Source: an uncultured Gemmatimonadaceae bacterium
Lineage (GTDB): Bacteria; Gemmatimonadota; Gemmatimonadetes; Gemmatimonadales; Gemmatimonadaceae
Direction of reading: 5' to 3'
DNA length: 64,000 nt
Assembly: GCA_963740355.1 (NCBI GenBank)
Contig: CAVUDW010000003.1
Coordinates: 704,001-768,000 of the forward strand
In this document: piece by piece, positions 1 through 10,376 of the stretch
Layout: each line of letters opens with the position of its first letter
Position numbering within the stretch: the stretch's first letter is position 1
The notes under the pieces: generated by a model
Database searches by the model: none
The model's input: the letters and a program-made list of their open reading frames with translations, nothing else
What the model was told of the DNA's origin: nothing
Position numbers and translations under genes: made by a program

Positions 1-47
1 CTGGACCGTTCTGGAACGTGTACCAGTGGCAGCTGACGGCGCCGTGA
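1..47 (+). CDS. 3' end of probable peptide ABC transporter substrate-binding protein (partial)
   Basis: Frame from position 3 reads GPFWNVYQWQLTAP-stop. A WN..W tail is typical of family 5 SBPs, and it lies directly upstream of two Opp/Dpp-type permeases. Confidence 0.55.
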   Translation, partial: GPFWNVYQWQLTAP

Positions 48-124
48 TCTCGGTCGCTTCGTGACGCTCGTACCATGGCGACGCCCTGTGCTCCGTCGAG
101 GGCCACGTTGACGGCACGCCGTAA

Positions 125-1072
125 GTGATCCGCTTCATCGTGCGTCGGTTCGCGCAGAGCGTGCCGCTGCTGTTGGTGATCTCGCTGCTCGTCTTTGCGC
201 TGATCCACGCCGCGCCGGGTGGGCCGCTGTCGACGTACCTCGAGAACCCGAACGTCCGGCCTGAGGACATCGAACGCCTGCGCAAGGCGATGGGCCTCGA
301 TCGTCCACTGGGCGTGCAGTACCTCTCCTGGCTGTGGGCGTTCGTGCGCGGTGACTGGGGCTTCAGCTACGCCGATGGTCGCCCGGTGCTGGATCGATTG
401 CTGGAGCGCATCCCGGCCACGCTCGAGCTGGTGGGTGTGGCGTGTGTGATGGCGCTGATTGCGGCCGTGCCCGCGGGCATCTTCGCCGCGATCAATCGTC
501 GCTTCGACCGCTTCACGAATCTCTTCGCCGTCGCCGGTATTTCCCTGCCGGTGTTCTGGTTTGGCCTGCTGCTGCAGTTGGTGTTCGCCGGCGCGCTGGG
601 GTGGCTGCCGTCGTCGGGGCGCCAGTCGTTCGACGGCGGAGATTTCGCCGACCGCGTGGTGCACCTGATCCTGCCGGCCACTGTGCTGGCAGCGGCGATG
701 TCGGCCGCCTGGTCGCGATACCTGCGTCGTGCGATGCGCGACACCGTGGCGCGGCCCTTCATGCGCGCCGCACGCTCACGCGGGCTGAGTGAGCGCACGC
801 TCCTGCTGCATCACGCGCTGCCGAATGCACTACCGACGTTCGTCACGGTTGTGCTGCTCGACATCTCGATGATGGCCTCAGGGGCCGTGGTGACGGAGAG
901 CATCTTCGCCTGGCCGGGCATCGGCAGTCTCTTCACGGAAGCACTGGGCAAGCGCGACTACGCGGTGTTGATGGCATTCCTGATGTGCGGCTCGGTGGCG
1001 GTGATGGTGCTCAACCTGGTGGCCGACCTCGCCGTGCATGCGCTCGATCCTCGCACGCGGGACGCGGCATGA
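125..1072 (+). CDS. Peptide/nickel ABC transporter permease (OppB/DppB family)
   Basis: N-terminal FIVRR..APGGP, GLDRPLGVQY, EAA-like loop ARSRGLS, VVTESIFAWPGIG, DPR end. Confidence 0.95.
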   Translation: MIRFIVRRFAQSVPLLLVISLLVFALIHAAPGGPLSTYLENPNVRPEDIERLRKAMGLDRPLGVQYLSWLWAFVRGDWGFSYADGRPVLDRLLERIPATLELVGVACVMALIAAVPAGIFAAINRRFDRFTNLFAVAGISLPVFWFGLLLQLVFAGALGWLPSSGRQSFDGGDFADRVVHLILPATVLAAAMSAAWSRYLRRAMRDTVARPFMRAARSRGLSERTLLLHHALPNALPTFVTVVLLDISMMASGAVVTESIFAWPGIGSLFTEALGKRDYAVLMAFLMCGSVAVMVLNLVADLAVHALDPRTRDAA

Positions 1073-1905
1073 GCAGCGCACCGTCGCAGACGACCGGCGG
1101 TTCGGGCAATGCTGCGTCCAACCGCGCGCCACTGGTGGCGGCAGCATTGCTGACGGTGCTGCTGATCGGTAGCGCGCTGGCTCCAGTGCTGGCGCCATAC
1201 ACGGTCGATGCGCTCGACCTCGCGAACCGGCGTGCGGCGCCCTCAGCACTGCATTGGTTCGGCACCGATGAACTGGGTCGCGACCTGCTGACTCGCGTGT
1301 TGTACGGCGCGCGCGTGTCGCTCGTGATCGGCCTCATCTCCGCGCTGGTCAGCGCTGCGATCGGCGCCGCAGTGGGTGCGATTGCAGGCTACGCGGGTCG
1401 CGTGGTCGACGACATCCTGATGCGCCTGACCGACGCGATGTTGGCGATTCCGCGGTTGCCGCTGCTGATGATCACAGCCGCCGTCCTGCAACCGAGTGTG
1501 CCGGTGCTGGTGATCCTGGTCGGCCTGGCCGGCTGGATGGAAACGGCACGCGTAGTCCGCGCCGAGGTGATGTCACTGGCCGCGCGTGACTTCGTGAGTG
1601 CCGCGCGCGCAATGGGCGCCTCGCCATTCCGCGTCGTCGTCCGTCACGTGCTCCCCGGCGTGCTCCCCGCCGCCGCCGTTGCCACGACATTGGCAGTTGG
1701 ACGTGGCATTCTGCTCGAGAGCGCCCTCAGCTTCTTTGGCGTCGGCGTGCAACCGCCCACCGCCAGCTGGGGCAACATGCTCTACCAGGCCCAGACGACG
1801 ATGACCAGCGAACCCTGGCTCGCCATCTTCCCCGGCGCGATGATCTTCCTCACCGTCCTCGCCTGCAACGCCGTCGGCGATTCCATCGGCGCGCAGAAGT
1901 CGTAA
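1069..1905 (+). CDS. Peptide/nickel ABC transporter permease (OppC/DppC family)
   Basis: HWFGTDELGRDLLTRVLYGARVSL, AARAMGAS, ESALSFFGVGVQPPTASWG; ATGA overlap with the upstream stop. Confidence 0.95.
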   Translation: MSSAPSQTTGGSGNAASNRAPLVAAALLTVLLIGSALAPVLAPYTVDALDLANRRAAPSALHWFGTDELGRDLLTRVLYGARVSLVIGLISALVSAAIGAAVGAIAGYAGRVVDDILMRLTDAMLAIPRLPLLMITAAVLQPSVPVLVILVGLAGWMETARVVRAEVMSLAARDFVSAARAMGASPFRVVVRHVLPGVLPAAAVATTLAVGRGILLESALSFFGVGVQPPTASWGNMLYQAQTTMTSEPWLAIFPGAMIFLTVLACNAVGDSIGAQKS

Positions 1906-1946
1906 CGCTTATCAGCGCTTACCGGCGCCTCCCAGCACTTCCCGCC

Positions 1947-2320
1947 GCGACGCTTCACTTTCGCCTGGGCGTCCACACTTCCTCACGCGGAGGCGCGGAG
2001 GACGCGGAGCCGCGGGGGTTCGCTCGCAGCAGCGGTCTGCCGTGCGGCTCGGAGGCGAACTGCAGGGGAACTGCGCTCGCGTGCTCAACGGGCGTTGCAA
2101 AAGTCGCCATCACCGAACAGCATTGCGCTGCCACGCGAAGGATCAAGGACTCTGCCCGCCCCCGCAGGCAGCCTCCGCCGCCCCAAGGCGTCCAATGCTG
2201 TTCCCCGCGGCTCCGCGTCCCCCGCGGCTCCGCGTGATTCGTGTGGACCGTCAGGCGAAAGCGCAGCGTCGCCATTAAGTGCGTTTTGTGTAGATCTTCA
2301 GGCGTAAGCGCAGCGTCGCC
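1947..2320. repeat. Long imperfect inverted repeat (arms 1947-2018 and 2203-2272) with CACGCGGAG(G/C)CGCGG(A/G)G motifs; REP/MITE-like
   Basis: The arms align as reverse complements over ~70 bp. A 23-bp near-identical direct copy of 2251-2273 sits at 2298-2320. Lies between convergent genes. Confidence 0.75.
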
Positions 2321-2346
2321 CATCGCCAGGAACCCTCGCGAACCGA

Positions 2347-3303
2347 CTAGTAGCCGCGTTCGCGATCGACGATCCAGCGCGGGGTTTCGCCGCTTTCGAA
2401 GGTGGCGAGGTTTTCGAGGAAGCCGTTCACGGCACCTTCGATGGTGGTGAGGCCGGAGACGTGCGGCGAGATCATCACGCGCGGGTCGTCCCAGAGCGGC
2501 GATGTCTCGGGCAGCGGCTCGACCTCGAACACGTCGAGCGCTGCGCCCTTGATCCAGCCTTCGGACAGCGCCTTCGGCAGGATCGACTCATCGATCACTG
2601 CGCCGCGGCCGGCGTTCATCAGCACGGCGCCATTGCAGGCCTTGAGCACCGACTCGTTCACCAGGCCGCGGGTCTGCGGTGTGAGCGGGAGCGTGAGGAT
2701 CACCCAGTCTGCGTCGGCGACCGTGGCCGCCAGCGCATCGGTGGCGCGAACCATCGAGAACACCGACATGTCGCCCTGCCCCGTGCGCGAGACACCCGTC
2801 ACCCGGCAGCCCAGCGCGGAGAACAGCTTCGCCACGTGGCTCCCCACGTCGCCTGTGCCCACCACCACCGCGTGGCTTCCACGCAGCATCCCGATATCGC
2901 TCGGCGCCCAGCGATGTTCGCGCTGCGCCACCGCCAGCTCGGGGATCTTCGTCACGAACGCCAGGGCCCGCGACAGCGCCCACTCGGCGATCATCGGGCC
3001 AAATGACTCAGGCGTCCGCGTGAGCACGATGTCGCGCGATAGCTCCACCGGCTCCAGCCACGAATCCACGCCGGCGCCGGTGGACTGCACCCAGCGCACG
3101 TTGCCCATCGTCGGCAGCGGCGGACGCTTGAAGCCGATGTAGGCGTCGGCCCAGGCGAGGTCATCCGCCGTGATCTGGGCGAAGGTGTTGCCCCGGATTT
3201 CCAGATCCGGCCGCGCCGCCGAGATCAGTGCCGACATCTGCGCGTGTGCGTTCTGGCCGATGACGACGTGACGGACAGGCAGAACGGAGTGGACGGAGGA
3301 CAT
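2347..3303 (-). CDS. D-2-hydroxyacid dehydrogenase (GhrA-like)
   Basis: GAGVD, VVGTGDVG Rossmann motif, NAGRG, ALDVFEVEPLP, ISPHVSG. Confidence 0.93.
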   Translation of the reverse strand: MSSVHSVLPVRHVVIGQNAHAQMSALISAARPDLEIRGNTFAQITADDLAWADAYIGFKRPPLPTMGNVRWVQSTGAGVDSWLEPVELSRDIVLTRTPESFGPMIAEWALSRALAFVTKIPELAVAQREHRWAPSDIGMLRGSHAVVVGTGDVGSHVAKLFSALGCRVTGVSRTGQGDMSVFSMVRATDALAATVADADWVILTLPLTPQTRGLVNESVLKACNGAVLMNAGRGAVIDESILPKALSEGWIKGAALDVFEVEPLPETSPLWDDPRVMISPHVSGLTTIEGAVNGFLENLATFESGETPRWIVDRERGY

Positions 3304-3589
3304 GGTCAGATGAAGGCGAAAGCTGATTTACAGAAGAGCTTGGCAATCCCGGAGCTCAGGCACCGGTCATTCGTGCGGAATTGCCGCTGGGGCTGATGGC
3401 AAGCTAATCCTCAGCCCAGCCTGAGCTTACACCAGACTCAACCTTACGAGAGGCGGCCTCGAAACGCTCCAGTGCGGTATCGGAAGTGTCGATACATCAG
3501 CACATGAGAAGGTCGCAACCCGGGGGCAGAGACTCCGAACGACGCGTCACGAAGGCTGGGCACCCGATGCGGTCACGCGGGTGCCTGCA

Positions 3590-5681
3590 ATGACCGCGGC
3601 CATCGCCCCCGTCCAGAGCCGAAGCAGCGCTAACACCGATCCCCTCGTGCAGCAGCTGCTGATGCGTTTCATCGGCGCGCTCAATCGTCGTCGATCCTAC
3701 GCCGCTGCCCATCCGATGGTGCTGGCCGCGGAACAACAACTGCACGAAGCCGCAGTCGCCATCCTCCTGACGCGGCCCGTCATCACCATCGGTGTCGCGA
3801 AAACCGACCTGCTCATCGACGGCGAACCCTACGTCACCAAGAGCTCGTTCGCACGCGAGCTCGCGACGCGCCTGCATCGACGCGGCGTTGGTGCCGTGAC
3901 GCTGCAAGCCGGTGTGCCGATGCTGCAGTTGCGGGAAATCCTTGCATGGTTGGCCACGGAACCTGCGGCCGATCAGCCGGCGAGCAACGACTTGCCTCCA
4001 GTGTTGAGTGGCGTCAGCGTCACCGCCGTCGCCTACGACCAGCTCAGCCTCGGCGATTCGGAGCGTGCCGCGGATGCGACCGGTGCGCAGCTCTGGCGCG
4101 CGCTGGCGCAACTCGCTGGCGAAGGTCCCGGTGACGCCGCCGCGAACAGCGGCAGCACGGAGGACCAGCACACGATCATGCAGCGCCTGCGGCAGAACGT
4201 CTCCGATCCTGACGTCGCGCGGCGTACCGCCATCGCGTTCATGGATCTCGCCGCACAAGGCACGGTCGCGCCGGTCGAGGGACGTATGCGCATCGGCGAG
4301 CAGCTGAATACCGCACTCGATACACTGGGCGAGTCGTCCATCGGCCCGATTCTGCACGCGCTTGGCGAACGATCGATGCAGCAGCGCTTCATCTCGCAAG
4401 TCGTCGACGTGTTGCCCGTGGCCGCCGTCGCCAGCTGGCTGCAGGTCGCGGCCAAGGCCCAGGAACAGCAGATGTCGCATCACATGCTGCGCCTGATGTC
4501 GAAACTCTCGACCTTCGCCGAAGTGAGCCACACCGCCGCCGTCGAGACTGAATTTCGCGGCGCAGCACAGGAGTTGGTGCGCGGCTGGTCGCTCGAAGAT
4601 CCGAACCCCGAAGAACACGCCGCGCTGCTCGATCGCATCGCCCTGCACGAACCGACCACCCCTGGGACGCACCCCACGCGCACCCACGCCGCCGACATCG
4701 AGTCCAGTCGGCTCGTCCAGATGGCGCTCGAGATCGATGTCGCGGGCGCAGATGCCGTGGCTGCGGCTGAGACGCTGGTGGATCATGGCGCAGGTGCGGC
4801 ACTGATCGAATGGCTCGACACCGTCGGCAAGACAGACGCCGCGCAAATCCTCGAGAAGGCGGTCACCAGTGAAAAGGCCATCCGCGCACTGTTGCTCACC
4901 GAGCCCGTCGACCGGCTACTCGCACGCGCGCTCCTAGAGCGACTCGATGCGTCGTATGCCGAAACGCTGCTCGACGTGCTGGAGGCGGCCGAGGCGCGCG
5001 GCACACGGATGATCGTGCGCCAGCGGCTCTCGGAATTCGGCGCAGCGATTGCGCCGCAACTGACGGCGCGGCTCGACCGAGCACCATGGTATCTCGTGCG
5101 CAACATCCTCACGCTGCTGCACGACATCTCGGAGCAGCAGGGCGGAACAGCGGCAGGCATCGATGCGATGGCGCCGCTGCTCGATCATGCGCAGGTGCAG
5201 GTGCGCACTGAGGCATTTCGCCTGCTGCTGCTCGACATCGAGGCGCGTGATTCGGCGATCCAGCATGCATTGCACGACGACAACGAACGCATGGTCGTGC
5301 TGGCATTGCAGGCGTTGACCGAGGGTCAGGACGGCCCGGCGACGATCTCCGACGCCATCGCGACGCAGCTGATGTCGATGGTCGAGGCCGAGACACACAG
5401 CGATACCGTGCGAGCCCGCATGGTGCGTTCGCTCGCCGCTCGGCCGAATACGCACACCGCGCGACTGGCTGATCAGCCTCGTGATCAAGCGGTCACGCAT
5501 CCTCCGTCGGATGACGCTCGCCGACCCGACACACACCGCCGTCGCTGCGGTGCACGTGCTGCGCCGCGTGTTTGCGAACGATGCCATCGTCGTTCCGGTG
5601 CTCGCCCTCGTCAGCAAGGAAGGCACCGATCGTCGTTGGCAGGCGCGCGATCCGGGCAGCAGCGTGGAGCACGCGACATGA
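3590..5681 (+). CDS. Large alpha-helical HEAT-repeat-like protein, copy 1 (apparent frameshift near 5458)
   Basis: PWYLVRNILTLL and QVQVRTEAFRLL are HEAT-like repeats. The C-terminus continues in the 5481..5681 frame (RDWLISLVIKRSRIL...SSVEHAT), which matches the paralog's end. Confidence 0.75.
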
Positions 5682-6863
5682 CGCCAATCATCGACTTCCT
5701 GACCGCACTCGGTCAGGCGTTCGCCGCACTGACACTGTACGGCACCGAGCATCCGATGCGCCGAGCCGCGATTGCGCGGCTGCTGGCGACGATGGAGCGG
5801 GCGCTCGAGAGGCGGCGCCACACTGCGTATCTCGTTCATCGACCGCGAGGTGATCGTCGGCTCGCGGCCACTGACGGAGCTGCGCGGGTGGGATTGGGGC
5901 GCTCGACTCTCCGCGGCCGGCGTGCAGCGACTCGAGATCGACAGTCGTCCGATACCATCGGCCGATGACGTCGATGCCATGCTGGTCGCAATGCGTGCGC
6001 GCCTCGCTGCGCCGACAGAGACGGCAAAGCCTTGGACCACCGGTCCGATCAGGTTCGGTCCGCTCACCGTGACCGTCCCGCAGTCAGCCAGCGCCTCGGT
6101 GGTCGTGAACTCCGTCGTCGATGCGCTGGAGGTCTCCGGCCTCGGCGAAGAGGTCGATGCCGTCGGCTACGTGCATCAGGAAGTCGCGCTGGGGCACGAG
6201 CTGCCCATGGCGGAGGTGGAAGCCATCGTGCACGGCCTCGCGCTGACGGTGCGGCGGGAACAGGATGTCGTGCTGCCGCTGCTCGACCTGCGTAGCTACG
6301 ACGAGTACACCACGACGCATTCGTGCAACGTCGCCATGCTCTCGATCGGGCTGAGTGAGGCACTCGGCCTGTCGGACGTCGATGTCCGCGCCATCGGCAC
6401 CGCCGCGTTGCTCCATGACATCGGCAAGGTCCGCCTGCCACAGGAACTCCTCACCAAGCCGGGCAGACTGACCGACGACGAACGCCGGCTGATCGAGACG
6501 CACCCGGTGGAGGGGGCCAGGATCCTCAGTGCGCGAGGGCTCGGGAACGGCCTCGCCGCCACCGTCGCCTACGAGCATCACATCTGGTTCAATGGCCTTG
6601 GCGGTTACCCCCGGCTCGGGTTCGCGAGGACGACACATTTTGCCTCCCGGATCGTCCATGTATGCGACATCTACGATGCGCTCTGCTCGAAGCGACCCTA
6701 TCGCGACGCCTGGGCGCGGGAGAAGGCCATCACGCTGATGGAGTCGATCGCGGGTGTCGAACTCGATCCCGCCATCACCGCAACCTTCGTTGGAATGCTG
6801 CGACAAGCCACCGAACTCAGGCATGAGCTCGAGGCGGTTCCCGCTGCAGGAACGACCTCGTAA
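5678..6863 (+). CDS. HD-GYP domain phosphodiesterase, copy 1 (apparent frameshift near 5810)
   Basis: HSCNVA, LLHDIGK, HPVEGARIL, HHIWFNGLGGYP, DIYDALCSKRPY. The N-terminal MTPIIDFLTALGQAF is in another frame and matches the paralog. Confidence 0.85.
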
Positions 6864-6971
6864 ACGTTTGATTTCGTCACCGAACCTCTTCCTTCGCCGA
6901 ATCAGAGCCCTGCAAGACAACGAATGCTGATCCCGCCCACGTCGCCCTCCTCGCTTGCCGCTGCCTGACTG

Positions 6972-9082
6972 ATGGACGTCGAAACGCAGCAGCTGCTGAC
7001 CCGATTCGCAGGCACACTCAATCGCCGCCGAGCGTACTCCCCCACACACCCGATCGTGTGTGCGGCCGAGGAGCAGCTCATGGCAGCGATTTCCGATGTG
7101 CTGCGCGAGCGATCGACGCTGTCGCTCGGCATCGCGCGCAACGAGCTGATCGTGGACGGCACCGTGTGGGAAGTGAAGAACGGCGTCGCGCGCGAGTTGG
7201 CCAATCGCCTGCACCGCCGCGGTGTCGGCGCGATCGCCCTGGACGCCGGCGTGTCGCTCGACGACCTGCGCGAGTGCGCTGACCTGGCTGGCGCAGGAGC
7301 CCGGGGCCACGAATGACGCCCCGCCCAGCACTGGCGGCTTCCACATCACGCGCACCGCCTACGACCTGCTGGTTCTCGACGACGCCATCCGGGATGCGCA
7401 GTCGGCCATCGCCGGGCTCTGGCGCACGCTGGCAGAAGTGACCGGGAATCTTCGCCGAGCGCCACGAGCAGTCGTCGCGCGAAGCGGCGATGGCCGAGGA
7501 GTACGCCGGCCTGCCGCTGATGTTCGACGAAACGCCTTCCGGCGATCACGGCTTCGACACCGACGCGATCCTCGAGACACTGCGCAAGACCATCGACGAT
7601 CCGACCGTGGCACGCCGCACGGCCGTGGCGCTGCTCGAACTGACGAACCATGGCGTCGCCACCACCCGCGACGGGCGCGATCTGATCGGCGAGCAGATGC
7701 TGACCCTGCTCGAGCGGCTCGGCGAGTCGTCGTTGAGCCAGATCATCAAGGGACTTTCCGAGGGGGCGAAGCAACGGCAGTTCGTCTCGGAGGTCGTGCA
7801 GGTGTTGCCCGTGACGGAAGCCGTCACCTGGCTGGAAGCAGCCGCACAGGCCAGCGAACAGCAGATCTCGCATCAGCTGGTGCGCCTGATGTCGAAGCTC
7901 GCCACTGTCGCCGACGACAGGGGCGATGACGGCACCGACGCCGCGTTCCGGGATGCGGCCCGGGAGCTCGTCAGCAATTGGTCGCTTCATGATCCGAATC
8001 CGACGGAACATGCGGAGCTGCTCGACCGGATTGCGACCTTCGAACGGAATGCGCGGGGCACGATCCCCCGCCGCACCGATCACGACGCATCGACCATCGA
8101 GTCGTCCCGGCTCGTGCAGATGGCGCTGGAGCTCGACACGGTGGGCGAGGACACGATCGCTGCCGTCGAGGCCCTCGTCACCAGCAGTGCGAGTAAGGAG
8201 ATGATGGGGTGGATCGCCGCCGCCGGCGAACTCCCAGCGGCTCTCGAGCTGCGCGCAACCCTGCTCAGCGATCGCGTCGTGCGCCAGTTGCTGCTCACCG
8301 AACCGGTGGACCGCCTTCAGGCACGTGCACTGCTCGATGAACTCGACGTCACTGCCGCCGATACCCTCCTCGACATCCTCGGCGCCGCCGCCAGCAAGGG
8401 CACGCGCCTGCTCGTGCGTCAGCGGCTCGCGGAATTCGGTGATGCCATCACACCTCGACTCGTCGCGCGACTCACCGACGGGCCGTGGTACCTGATCCGG
8501 AACGTGCTCTCGCTGCTGGTCGACATGTCCGCCGCTGCCGGCGAAGGCAGCGACAGCATGGGTGCACTGATCTCGCTGCAATCGCACAGCCAGGTGCAGG
8601 TTCGCATCGAGGCACTGCGCGTGCTGGCCCGCATGCAAGACGACACGCGGACCGCGGCCTTCGCACGGGCACTCAGCGACGACAACGAACGCGTGGTGGT
8701 GATGGCGCTGCAGGAGTTGTCCGATTCCAGCGCCGAGCGCGGTGGTGTGCCGGAACCGCTGGTGCGCCAGCTCATGACCCTCGTCGACAGCGGGGCCCAG
8801 AGTGAGCCGGTCCGCGCGAGGGCCATTCGCACACTGCAGCACACCCGCAGCGATGCGGTGCGCGACTGGTTGATCGGCATCGTGAGTCGCAAGAGCCCGA
8901 TCCTTCGACAGCTGCGCCTGGCCGAGCCCACACAGCCCGCCGTGAGCGCGTTGCACGTCCTGACGAAGGTGTACGCCGACGATCCTGCCGCTGGCGGCGT
9001 GCGCGCCGTGGCCAGCAAGGTGTCGAACGACCCACGGTGGCAGGTGCGAGATACCGGCAGCAGTGCGGAGCGCGCGACATGA
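6972..9082 (+). CDS. Large alpha-helical HEAT-repeat-like protein, copy 2 (apparent frameshifts near 7275 and 7450-7480)
   Basis: Three ORF pieces (6972, 7222, 7490 frames) are colinear with copy 1: ALNRRR.Y...HP, RLHRRGVGA, LMSKL, IESSRLVQMALE, LLTEPVDRL, PWYL.RN. Confidence 0.75.
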
Positions 9083-10242
9083 AGAATGAGATGACGTTCC
9101 TCACCGCGCTTGGCCAGGCGTTCTCGGCCCAGGCGCTCTACAGCGACGATCATCCGTCGCAGAAGACGGCGCTGACACGACTGCACTCGACCCTGCGGAC
9201 GGTGCTCGCGGCAGGGCCGCTCCGCATCTCGTTCCTCGAGAACGAAGTCATCGCCGGCACTCGACCCATTACCGAGATGCGCGGCTGGGAGTGGAGCCCA
9301 AAGCTCTGGGCGGTGGGTGTCCAGCGACTGGAGGTCGCGGTCGAACCCGCCCCATCACTCGATGATGTATCAACGCTCCTGACCGCCATCCGGCAGCGAC
9401 TCGCTCAACCGGCCGGCACCGGCACGGCCTGGTCGCACCGTGGCATGCGCGTCGGTCCACTCTCGGTGCAGGTCGCCGAGAAGACCGACCGCGACGCCTC
9501 CGGTGGGGGCGACAGCGGTCTGCGGCTGATCGGGCTTGGCGCCGAGGTGGAAGCGGTGCGCTACCTGCACGCCGAGGTCGAGGCGGGGCGGAAGGTGCCG
9601 ATGGCTGAAGTCGATGGGGTGGTGCGCGCACTCGCAGTCACGATCCGTCGCGAGCAGGGGTGCCTGCTGCCGCTGCTCGACATCAAGGACTACGACGAGT
9701 ACACCACCTCGCATTGCTGCAACGTGGCGATGCTGTCCATGGGCCTGAGCGATCAACTCGGACTTTCGGACGCCGACACCCGTGCCATCGGCACCGCTGC
9801 CCTGCTCCACGACATCGGCAAGACCAGGCTGCCCCACGAGGTCCTGACCAAGCCCGGCAAGCTGACGCCAGAGGAGCGACTGATAATTCAGGCGCATCCG
9901 GTGGAGGGTGCCCGCATCCTCACGCAGCGTGGACTGGGGAACGGCCTCGCGGCCACGGTCGCCTACGAGCACCACATCTGGTTCAATGGCAAGGGCGGCT
10001 ACCCGGTGCTGAACTATCCGCGCGAGACGCACTTCGCGAGCCGGATCGTGCATGTGTCCGACATCTACGACGCCATCAGTTCCAAGCGGCCGTACCACGA
10101 GCCGTGGCCGCGTGACAAGGCCCTCGACCTGATCCGCAAGCTGGCGGGCGTCGAACTCGACCCGCACATCGCCGAGGCGTTCCTGGCCATGGCCAGCGAG
10201 GCGACCGAGGTCCGGCGCCAGGTCAGCGAACAGGCAGCCTGA
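9079..10242 (+). CDS. HD-GYP domain phosphodiesterase, copy 2 (intact)
   Basis: HCCNVA, LLHDIGK, HHIWFNGKGGYP, DIYDAISSKRPY; ATGA overlap with the upstream gene. Confidence 0.92.
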   Translation: MKNEMTFLTALGQAFSAQALYSDDHPSQKTALTRLHSTLRTVLAAGPLRISFLENEVIAGTRPITEMRGWEWSPKLWAVGVQRLEVAVEPAPSLDDVSTLLTAIRQRLAQPAGTGTAWSHRGMRVGPLSVQVAEKTDRDASGGGDSGLRLIGLGAEVEAVRYLHAEVEAGRKVPMAEVDGVVRALAVTIRREQGCLLPLLDIKDYDEYTTSHCCNVAMLSMGLSDQLGLSDADTRAIGTAALLHDIGKTRLPHEVLTKPGKLTPEERLIIQAHPVEGARILTQRGLGNGLAATVAYEHHIWFNGKGGYPVLNYPRETHFASRIVHVSDIYDAISSKRPYHEPWPRDKALDLIRKLAGVELDPHIAEAFLAMASEATEVRRQVSEQAA

Positions 10243-10376
10243 GACGTTTCGGGGTTGGCACGGGACGGGTCCCCTTGCCTGTGCACGGCGACATATTCCT
10301 GTCAGGCTGACCCGGACGGTACCGTGCCGGGCTTCATGTCGTGCAGTCCCACATGCCATCGACCAGGGAGGTCGTA

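Noticed and set aside
3304..3589. c-di-GMP riboswitch upstream of the HD-GYP operon
   Set aside because: No GEMM consensus elements were recognised
3581..5968. 795-aa ORF as a real fusion protein
   Set aside because: After ~5458 it runs out of frame and then through the HD-GYP N-terminus; the second copy shows two separate genes
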